This document shows positions 48,103 to 64,000 of a DNA stretch of 64,000 nucleotides, piece by piece. The notes below the pieces were generated by a model. That model saw only the letters and a list, made by a program, of their open reading frames with translations. It did not search any database and was not told where the DNA came from. Where the stretch lies: assembly GCF_009914755.1 (NCBI RefSeq), contig NC_060927.1, one strand, 5' to 3'. A program made the translations under genes and the position numbers. The DNA is from the human T2T-CHM13v2.0 reference genome, Homo sapiens. Position 1 is the stretch's first letter. Each line of letters begins with the position of its first letter.

Positions 48103-48887
48103 AGTTGTTAAGGTGGTAATAGTAATTACATTTTATCATTTTCTTAATGTTGTTCATTAATCAATAGCGATAAAGTGGGAATTTATCACTTCGATATGTT
48201 CCAACATTAGTGAAGACCAAATTCCATGGATACCAATTTCTTTAGATTTTAAATCTAGAATTTATACCTTTTGTAATCATTAGCCTAAAGGAGAAATAAG
48301 TTATAATCACCTTGCAGCCACAAAAGTGGATAAATCTTTGAATTTTACAATTATCTCTCTTTTTAAAAAGCACTATTTCATTATGTTAAGATTCACAGTT
48401 ATAAAAACAATCAGATTGACATTTCAGTTACTATCACAAGGGTTCCAGGAAGACACTAAAGAGTCAAAGCTAAGAAAAGCATGATCATGGCAGATACACG
48501 GAATAAGAAACTATTCAAAATAATGCTACCATATTAGAACATTTTGCAAACTATGCACTACATGTATATTCAGGCAATGCTACTACAAAACCACTGTTAT
48601 AACTGAAGCTTAATAGAGAAATGACAAAGACTTCCAGTAATGGAGTGGTACAACTTTTCCAAAGGTAATACACAAGACAAACTGCACCCATACCCATATA
48701 ACTGTTTCCAAACACTAATCCCTCACTCTTTCTTCACTGGTCAAAACAGTCAGCAGCTCTAAAAGATGTAAATGAGATGAAGACCAAAAGTTAAGGAGCA
48801 CTGCCAACAAAAAGATCAGGAGATGAAGAGTTCCACAATGACCACTTACTTAAATCCTTCCCCCTAATTCACTCCCTTTATCCCACC

Positions 48888-49073
48888 CAGTGGCTCTAAA
48901 ATACTCCTTATTGATCAGCAGTATCAGCATCACCTGGGAAACTGCTGAAAATGCACATTCTCAGGTCCTAGCCTAGGACCTGCTAAATCAGAAACTGGGG
49001 GGCAGGGTTGAGCAGTCTGTGTTTTAACAAGCCCTCCAGGTGATTCTGATGCACACAAATCTGAGAACCACTA
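48888..49073. mobile_element. MER5A fossil
   Basis: cagcatcacctggga...gttttaacaagccctccaggtgattctgatgcac...tgagaaccact. Confidence 0.9.
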
Positions 49074-49649
49074 TTCCACTGTTCCACTGTTCCTAGTTAA
49101 GACTTTCACTTCTCACCTCTATCATGACAATAGCCTCCTGAATCCCAATGCATTCTCCAAGGTGCTGCCAGGGTTATCTGATTACACTGCAGCCCCACTC
49201 AAATTCCTTCACTAGGTCCCTCAACTTTCCAAAGCTTTGGCTTATCCACAAGCCTCTCATGACCTGGGATCCTGTCATCACTACCTCCAACTCCCACACC
49301 AACCGTCCCACACAAAAACACTTACCTGTAGACCTAACTCATAAATTACTATCCCTGGCGGTCTTTCCACTAATATTCCTCTTTTTGGAATGTCCTTCTT
49401 CCCCCACCCCTCCACAACTCCATATCTAGCAAATCTTTCAAGATTTGCTCTACACTCCACCTGGCCCAACACTGGGTTAATAACCCTTCCCAGGTGCTCC
49501 TAAAAACAGCCTGTATTATGCTTACCTGGCTCTTATTTCCTGTTGACGTGGCACAGTGCCTGGAGCATAATAGGCACTCAATGATAGAATCGGGTGGGGA
49601 GAAAAAGGTCTTTCTCACATTTATATTCTAAAGTCCTTGAGATCAATGG

Positions 49650-49915
49650 TTTTTGTTGTTGTTGTTTTGGGACAGGGTCTCACTGTGTCACTCACTGCAG
49701 TCTCCACTTCCCCAGCTCAAGCAATCTTCCTGCCTCTGCCCACCAAGTACCTGGGAATACAGGCATGCACCACCATGCCCAGCTAGTTTTTGTATTTTTT
49801 GTTGAGACGAGGTCTCGCCATGTTGCCCAAGCTGGTCTCAAACTCCTGAGCTCAAGCTATCCACCCACCTCAGCCTCCCAAAGTGCTGGGATTGCAGGCA
49901 TGAGCCACCGTGCCA
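49650..49915 (-). mobile_element. Alu (AluJ)
   Basis: Antisense dimer with deletion. Confidence 0.9.
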
Positions 49916-50074
49916 ATGATCATGTCTTACCTGTCCCTGGATCCCCAGTTCTAACAATGCTGGCATGTAGCAAACACCTTTTTGAAGCCCACTGAGTGAA
50001 TAACTGTGGTTCAAAAGCCTTAAGAAAAAACTATTATACAATCACGTTCAAGCCAATACTGATACCTTATAAAA

Positions 50075-51300
<1,226 letters not shown>

Positions 51301-51495
51301 TTATAACCCTTATAACCCAAAGAACAAAAATATCCACAAGTCCACACTGACATAAGTCATGGAATGAGTGAATAAATAAGTAAATAAACAGGAGAAAAGG
51401 AATAAATCTCCTGTAAAGAAAAAAAACCCAATTAATGCATGTAAAAAGGAATAAGGGAACTAGAAAAATCACACCATTAGAAAACCACAGTCATC

Positions 51496-51646
51496 GGCCA
51501 GATGCAGTGGCTCATGCCTCTAATCCCAGCATTTTGGGAGGCCAAGGCAGGAGGATCGCATGAGCCCAGGATCGGAAGGTTAGTGAGCCATAATCGTACC
51601 ACTACACTCCTGCCTGAGTGACAAGGCAAGACCCTCATCTCAAGAA

Positions 51647-51694
<48 letters not shown>

Positions 51695-51772
51695 AGGGAG
51701 GGGAGGGGAGGGGAGAGGGGAGGGGAGGGGAGGGAAGAGAAGAGCCGAGCCGAGCCAAGCCAAGCCAAGCCA
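51496..51772 (+). mobile_element. Shortened Alu with (GA)n-(GGGGA)n-(RAGCC)n tail
   Basis: Monomer-length Alu, then a purine-rich compound repeat 51641-51770. Confidence 0.85.
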
Positions 51773-51814
51773 TAGTAAGTATTGCTCCAGATGAGATCCA
51801 CTGATGAATGCTAA

Positions 51815-52240
<426 letters not shown>

Positions 52241-53161
52241 CACCATATTTCTTAATTACCGTGGTGATTTTAACATATGTCCACAAATTTTCCATGCTTT
52301 TCCCTCTAGTACGTAGAACTTAACATCCCTTTGCCTTGCATGAGGGCTAGATTAGTAGACTCACTTCTAATGAGCAGGTTGAGAAGCGAAAAACAGTAAT
52401 TTCAGAGCGAAGGAACTTGGCACACATTACCTTAACCAAGAGACAAGATTAACATCACCAAGATTAAAATATACCAATAAGTGTCCCCTGTTTGATATGA
52501 TGTGATGAGACAGGCACATCAACTCTATGGTATTGTACCCATAACCTCAGTCTAATCATTACAAATATCAGACAAACCAGTACTCTTCAAAATTGTCCAG
52601 GTCATGAAAAAGGGGAAAGACTGAGAAACTGTCACAGGTCAGAGGAGACTAAGGAGAAAACTAAATGCAACATGAGAACCTGGATTGGCTATTGGAACAG
52701 AAAAAAAGACATTCGTGGAAAAAACCGGAGAAATCCAAATAAAACCTATAGTTTAGTATTATACCAATGTTCATTTCTTAGGTTTGATAAATACACCATG
52801 GTTAGGTAAGACTGTAATACTGAGGAAGCAGTGTGAGGGTACACTGGAACTTTGTACTAACTTTGCAACTTTCTATAAATCTAAAATTATTTCAAAAGTT
52901 AATATTTTTAAATTATAATCAGTTATACATTTAATCCAGATTAACACTCCAATGTTATCAAAGAAATTCTAATGACTTTTATATTAATGTAAAATCTTTA
53001 GAAGTGTTGTCAAAATATATGAAAAAGGGACTAATCCGAAATTCAAAAATTACACCCACTAGCAACTTCATGAACTACTTATACCAATCGATTTTTCACG
53101 TGACTATTCTCAAATAAGCATCTAATTTATTTATCCCTTGGTTAAGGTTATTATGATGACA

Positions 53162-53549
<388 letters not shown>

Positions 53550-54808
53550 TCAGAAGCAAATTAATTCCCCATCCCAACAAACTCCCAATCTTCATACTCC
53601 TGTTCCCCAGAAAAAGAGGAGCAGTAGCAAGCCAGAAAGGAGACCCGGATGCTTAGCTCTTTTCAATACCACTCTCTTATGAATCTCCAATTGCATTTTT
53701 TGCAGAATTCAGAAACATGAACTAGTTTGCAATACTCCAAGAATTACTGGTGTCATTCACACCTATTACACTACTACCAGCTCAACTTTCTCCCCTGTCC
53801 AGAGCTAAGGCCCTTCCCTCCCAAATCCTCATCTCATCCTTCACACACTACACATCCAAGGTTGAAACATAATCCTGCCGTTCCGTTTAAAATCCTTCAC
53901 TAGTTCCTATTACGGTCAGAAGAATGTCCTTAGGCACAGCAAAGAAGTCACTTTATGATATGAGCCCTGCTTACCAATTTCCAGCTCCTTCTCATCACTT
54001 ACCAACTTAAAAACTGTACGCTAGACATAAACAAAACTGTTTGCCAGAAAAGACCAAACTGTTTGGCATCTTTATTCCCTGACACCTGCCTTCTTCTCAT
54101 GTCTTATTTTTTATGGTAAATTATTTTAATGTACACTGGTTCTCAATTAGCACTTAATATAAGCAGCTCCTGAAACTTATTTTAGTATTTAGAAGATTAT
54201 AAATGTGAATAACATTGTATTGTACTACTTAACAAACACAGTTTTAGTACACAATTTCCAAGACAAAGCAAAATAAAAGCTTAGCTGCTGAAGAATTGGC
54301 TTTGACATTCAGGAATCATACCATGAAAATAAAGATATTAAAGGAAAAAAAATCATTCTCAAAAATGTGTTTGGTGATATTATTTTAATTCTCTCTTCCA
54401 TGAAACAGAATGTAACAAATGCACCTGAACTCACAAGTTTAATGAATAAAATAGAAGTTTCCTCTTCAGATATCTAAAAAATATTTTGAGACTAATGTAT
54501 TCAAAATTGAGAACGTGCCTGGAAAACGCAAATGTTTTAAGAAAAACCAGTGCAGGCAGAGATCAGTATTGTACACACTCCCTGTAATTTGGGTGAACAC
54601 ACTTAATTTTTTAAATTATATATGCAATCATAGGGTTAAAGAACATTAGGTCCAGAAAAAACCTCTCAGAGATTCAACATAACGTGTTAAGGATGAAGCA
54701 ACTGAAATCCAGAAACAAATATCTTAAGTCACAAAAGGCTTATTCTACATGGCAACCCATTTACTTATTTTGGTGACCTGATGAAGCATTAAAATAATAA
54801 GTTATTCA

Positions 54809-56516
<1,708 letters not shown>

Positions 56517-57619
56517 TCATTTATGATTATCATCAGTACAAAGCACATTTTCAGATTGGTCCATCAATTATCCATTTACCCGTTTTTTCTATTATTTGAC
56601 TCGATTGCCATCTTTAAGTATGGCACTCACATATGTCCCTGGGCTTCCAAATTTCAACATTTAGTAAAACCTCTTCTGACCCTCCCCTAAATGCTAACCT
56701 TTTAATAAATTATTTCCAGTACTCTAATTATAAGGATGAACCAATTTAAGACTACCAGCTAATCATGAAAACATACCTAAGACAACAGTCCACTCAACTA
56801 TTTATTACGAACCTGCTAGGTCCTGTTCTAGGTAGCTGCAGACAGAATGACACATAAAATAGAGCCCCTCCCTGTTCTCATGCAGTTTAAATTCTGGAGG
56901 GACGTTTAAAAAAAAAAACAATGATCAAAGTTACTTCAGAGAGACAAAACTGCAACGTGGAGAATAAGGGTCTGATGGCTGAAAACTGCCGCGGGTGGGC
57001 AGTAATTTCAGTGTAACCTCTCTGAGGTGTTGGCATTGGAACTGAGAGGGAATGACATAAAAGAATTAGCTATATAACAATCTCAGGGCAGAGTATGAGG
57101 CAAAGAACAAAGTAATTAAGACGCTGAGACAGGAATAAGCTTGTTCAGTGGGTGTGGAGCTGGAATGGCTGGGCACGGTGAACAAGGTGAAACAAGATAA
57201 GGTTTGTGAGGTGGCCAGGGGCCAGATCGCACAGCAGAATTTGGGGAGGAGGGACCCTCATAGGCTAAGATGTTTGAACTTTATACTGAGTGTGATCAAA
57301 AACCCTTAAAGGAAGGGGAAAGAGAAGAAAATGACATTTACTGGGCATCTAATATAGTACCAGATTTTAAAAATAAGTATAAATGTTTCTTCTGTGCACT
57401 CTATAAAACAATATAAGCATTCCCGGAAAACTTGACTTTATACAGTCACATGCTAAAAGTAACAAGCACTTTATGAGAAAAAAAAAGGAAGACCATCCCT
57501 ATGCCACTTTGTAACCAAAATATTAACAAAGGCAATGTGAATAAAAATACAAATAAAAATGTTTAATATTAAGTTCCTAATAAAGATACAACTTTCAGGT
57601 GAAGGAAGCACACTAAGCA

Positions 57620-57706
57620 GGTAATTCCAGCACTTTGGGATGCCAAGGCAGGCGGATCACCTGAGGTCAGGAGTTCGAGACCAGCTTGACCAACATGGAG
57701 AAGCCC
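57620..57706 (+). mobile_element. Alu left-arm fragment truncated at both ends
   Basis: gtaattccagcactttggga...caacatggagaagccc; no tail. Confidence 0.85.
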
Positions 57707-57867
57707 TAATTATACAGGAATCCAGCGATCTATTGGAAAAATAAAGGAGATGGGACCATATTTTAAGACAAGTTGTGGAAAAGGTTCCAGGATCAAACTG
57801 GGTAGGGTATAAATATTCTTCACCCATGGAACTGCTGTGGTTTCTTTTCTTTTATAACCTGATTATC

Positions 57868-58289
<422 letters not shown>

Positions 58290-58961
58290 TCATTCAGCTC
58301 TTAGTGTACTTTGAGCTCGACTATTGTTACCTGATGCAAAACATGAATATGCTGGGGAAAATCACGTATGAACCAGAGCAATCTCCTTGTTGTACTGACA
58401 TAATTCTCGTATTTACCAATTACATATGAGCCTATTCCGGATACAGACACACGCTGGAGCACAACCAAGTATTCTTTTAACTTACGGTATCTGTTTTATT
58501 CTAACTAAATTCTTAAGAGATAAGTCATGGCATTTTGCAAATATGGGAACTGAAGCTCAAGAGAGGCAGGTAAAATGTATCCAAAGTTTCTCCCAGGAGT
58601 GAAGCTAAAGGTTGCAGAAGTTATTCCTAAACCCAACCTCAAAGTTGCAACTACTCTTGGGAGGGCTTCAAACCAAGACCTTTAAATTCTACCATGTGCA
58701 TTCACCATATTTATCAAAGACCATTAGCATGCTGTTATGGTTCCTGTCATTACCAGTTCTCACTTGTAACAAGTCACTTCTATGTTGATTTGTCAGAACA
58801 AAGGAGCCAACCAACCGATATATCTACTAGCAAAATACACATGAATCATCTGGAAGAAAACGCAAGAAAGGCAAATGAGGCTAGATAAAATGAGGCAGCT
58901 AGATTCACCAGCATATCTGACACAAAAAAGGGAACAAACCAAGTAGAGAAGCAACAAATTA

Positions 58962-59331
<370 letters not shown>

Positions 59332-59756
59332 TTAATCTACAGACAAGTAAACAAAGGGTAAAAAAGGGAAAAGCCCATAAATACGTTCATTCCCCCCCCC
59401 CATTTAATAGTACCTTGTCTGTTTTAACAACATTCAGAGGAAAACAAAAATGTTACTCATTTAAATATTACTCTCCTTGGAGTTTTTTTAATCTGCTGAC
59501 GAATTTTTTAAACTTTTATTTTTAAATATTTTTTAGAATATCACTAAAATACTGTTGCAATCATTTTAAGTTCAAAGTTTTAAAACCGAAAATCCTATAT
59601 TCTCTGACAGTAAATTCTGGTTTCTAGAAAGTAGCTCAAAGACAAATGCGTCATCCTCTACTTTGGAAGGTTCCAAATGATAACAGAATCAAATCTACCA
59701 AGACCCCTCATCCCAACCAAATGTCTCTAAATACCAAGATCTCAGATTACCCTGGA

Positions 59757-60051
<295 letters not shown>

Positions 60052-60227
60052 CCAGACCCGCTATCCTGGATATTTTCATCAGTGAGCTAGAAGTAGAGGA
60101 TGTTGCCTCAGCTCACTCTGACAACTCGGTGTTGCCATCACCTACTCCCATTTCTTCCAACTCTGAACCTCCTCTATTCTCCAACTCTGTCTTGTCGCAA
60201 CTCATTGTCATTAAATGAAAATCTGAA

Positions 60228-60512
60228 CTGGCGCAGGTGTAATCTCAGCACTCTGGGAGGCCACGGTGGGTGGATCGCTTGAGGCCAGGTGTTCCAGACC
60301 AGCCTGGCCAACACGGTGAAACCCCATCTCTACTAGTAATACAAAAATTAGCCAGGTGTGGTGGCACACGCCTATAATCCCAGCTACTCAGGAGGCTGAG
60401 GCATGAGAATCACCTGAACCCGGGAGGTGGAGGTTACAGTAAGCCAAGAGCATGCCACCACACTCCAGCCTGAGTGACAGAGCCAGACTCCGTCTTAAAA
60501 AAAAAAAAAAAA
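60228..60512 (+). mobile_element. Alu (AluS)
   Basis: Dimer. Confidence 0.93.
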
Positions 60513-61039
60513 GAACGCCTCTGCCAGCCTACACTCAACAGTAGAAAACACGGGAAAATACAAGATGTCCCCATGCTAGATTGTGATAGATTCCATGCTA
60601 GCAGATCAGGAGAGGAGGAGGTCGGAAAGAACCAATCTGGGCCACAGAATCACTTGTGCAACTGGTTTAAAGAGACAAAGGACACAGAGTATACACATCC
60701 TTTGACCTCTGAGGGAAAACCACAGTCAAAGAGAAGGGCAGCAGTAGATGTATGGACTGGGTATGCAAGACCATGAATCAGAAAAAAAGCCAGGCAAGAA
60801 TCATATGCCAGTATCAGGTAAACGTAAGGGTTCAAGTTAGGAAAAAAAAAAAAAACACACACACATGATGAAGGGTCTAAAGAGACTGCAGAATACATAA
60901 ATATCAGGAAGAAGTGGGCAAGCCCAAATAACACCCCAATTCAGGTTTAACTGCTACGGTCAGGCCAAGGTCTTTGAATCTTTTACCCACATTTTGAGTA
61001 TATTCCTTGTTTCCCCTAGCAAGTTCTACACTGTTTTCA

Positions 61040-61415
<376 letters not shown>

Positions 61416-62462
61416 AAAACTCTGACAGCAGGAACACAGTAAGTTCTAAGGACAATTAATTTGTGAAACTGGATGTATCTCCTTTCCAGTTTTGTATATG
61501 TGAATCACTCACAAAAGCAACAAGAGTCTACTGTACTAGCAAACGTATACCTCAGTCAGAGCCTCATAGGATTCAACTCAACAATGGAAAGGCTAAAGAG
61601 TGCCAGGCACTGTACCAGATGCTGAGGGTCAAGATGGGTGAGAGAGACCTGTTTTCAAGGAAGGATCTCTGCCTAGTGAGATGAGGCAACAAATAACTCT
61701 CAATCAAGGAGAGGCCTGTGCTAGAAACAGATGACTAGTGGTCATCATTGGCAAGGATGTTAATTTAAGACTGTCACGGAAAAAAGCCTAATGCTTAATC
61801 TTCAATCAAATAGTGTAACTTCATGCAGGCAACATGTTATGGCATGTAAATTTTTTTAAAACAATATAATTATCCAAACTTCTTCTCTAATGGGATATAA
61901 GAAACTTTATATAATGGTCATTCTTCTAAGTACTGTCCTTTATGAGAAGCATTCAGGGTTCCTAAGCTACAGCTGTTCAGATTTTCCCTCCAAAACTCTT
62001 AAATTTACATTTAAGAGCAATCAAAATTCCTTATCATTTGTATCTTACTTCTTATGTATGCCTTACAAAATTGAGGCACCATAACTTCAGAATCCTCATA
62101 CAGCTTCAGAATACAACCTAAAGACATTAGCACCAATAAATGTAACTCATCCATGCTCTGTCATTCAGAACGTCGACGTTTCTGAGTACTGACTCTAAAT
62201 CCATAAAAGTAGAAAAGTACAATTCTATACTCCTTTGAACGAGTATTTTCTAAATTCACTGAATAAAATTAAGTAATAAAATTCATTTAGGTTTATAAAA
62301 GCATGTTTTTAAATGAAGAGTACAGAAAATGTGTGTGCATAAGTTCCTGATAACCCTTCAGTTATTTCTGCATGTATACATACCCTGTGTTGTGCCATAT
62401 GGATTTTTAGTGAGAATCCATGTTAACGTTTGTGTAAAATTTAACATATATATTTGAAGTGA

Positions 62463-62784
<322 letters not shown>

Positions 62785-62838
62785 AAAAAACTTTATTTTT
62801 AAGAAAGGTACAATCTTCTTTTTCTTGAAACATCTAAT

Positions 62839-62930
62839 CGGCCGGGCATGGTGGCTCACGCCTGTAATCCCAGCACTTCGGGAGGCCAAGGCAAGGTGGA
62901 TCACCTGAAGTCAGGAGCTCGAGACCAGCT
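62839..62930 (+). mobile_element. Alu 5' fragment, 3' truncated
   Basis: Ends abruptly after gagaccagc. Confidence 0.9.
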
Positions 62931-63539
62931 CTTCACCACAGTAACATACTGAGAGTTCACTGCCAAAAATGAGACAAAGACTCTCCTACCTAGTCTCCTG
63001 TTACTGCTGAGAAGAGGGCCATGACAGTGCCCTCAAAGGAAGGCTAGTGTCAAAGTCACAGTGCAGCACAATTCTGTGCACCAAAACAGGTGCTCCCTTT
63101 CTCTGAGGTTGCTCCAGTTGAAGTTGAAAATGAGCACAACTAGAAGGCAAGCCCCTTTACTGGTAAACTAAATAGCCAACAAAAAGCTGCAAGTGACACA
63201 ATTGCAAATGACACCAACTGCAACCAAAAATAGCATTAAAATCTAATATATCTGTCACCTTGACATCAATAACACATACATCTAAGTTTGTAAGTCATGA
63301 CAGGATCGGTGCAGTATCAGAAGCCATAGTTCCACAAATCCCATTGTGCCAAATACTATAATTATTAAAGTCAACCACTATGAGAACCCCAATATTCACC
63401 TAATGTCCAAACCCTTGGCAAAGCAATACCTTTGAAATAAGACAAAATGTAGTACTTCTGGACAACCAAAACCTCCTAAAGTTTGCACTAAATTATTTTC
63501 TAAGTATCAAGCTTGGATAGGATTCAAAATTCACCAGTT

Positions 63540-63834
63540 GGCCAGGTGCGGTGGCTCACGCCTGTAATCTCAGCACTTTGGGAGGCAGAGGCCAGTGGAT
63601 CACCTTAGGTCAGGAGTTCAAGACCAGCTTGTCCAACATGGTGAAATCCCGTCTCTACTAAAAATACAAAATTAGCCAGGTATGGTGGCACATGCCTGTA
63701 GTCCCAGCTACTCAGGAGGCTGAGACAGGAGAATCACTTGAACCCTGGAGGCAGAGGCTGCAGTAAGCCGATCGCACCACTGCACTCCAGCCTGGATGAG
63801 ACAGAGCAAGACTGTGGCTCAAAAAAAAAAAAAA
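63540..63834 (+). mobile_element. Alu (AluS)
   Basis: Dimer. Confidence 0.95.
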
Positions 63835-64000
63835 TCATCACTGATTCACCACTGGTCTAAGGACCCAGTCATGAAACAGAAACAACACTTGTTAATCATA
63901 CCACTACTCTAATTCTGCCAACAAGTCTGAAAAATGAAAATAAGTGTTTACAGAAATATACAGTTACAGCTCTTTAAGAACTGACTGAAAAGCACAGGAG

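Overview
This is primate (human-like) nuclear DNA, not microbial. It has about 60 Alu elements, old L1/HAL1 fragments, an ERVL provirus remnant, solo LTRs, and hAT/Tigger DNA transposon fossils. There is no credible long CDS; nearly all ORFs in the track are Alu or simple-repeat artefacts. Alu/L1 orientation bias, base skew and splice signals suggest the window is mostly intron of a long gene on the minus strand, which I cannot name. Best non-routine features: a U6 snRNA-L1 chimeric retrocopy with TSDs (4906-5127); a 24-nt microexon candidate bracketed by inverted Alus (42993-43016); a 108/113-nt exon candidate (718-830); a 77-nt pre-miRNA-like hairpin in one copy of a local duplication (14864-14940); a head-to-head Alu fusion marking a deletion (25296-25630); a perfect 74-bp tandem duplication; possible recursive-splice sites; and several perfected palindromes. 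I see no evidence of a wholly new biological system. Repeat family names and boundaries are by eye and approximate.
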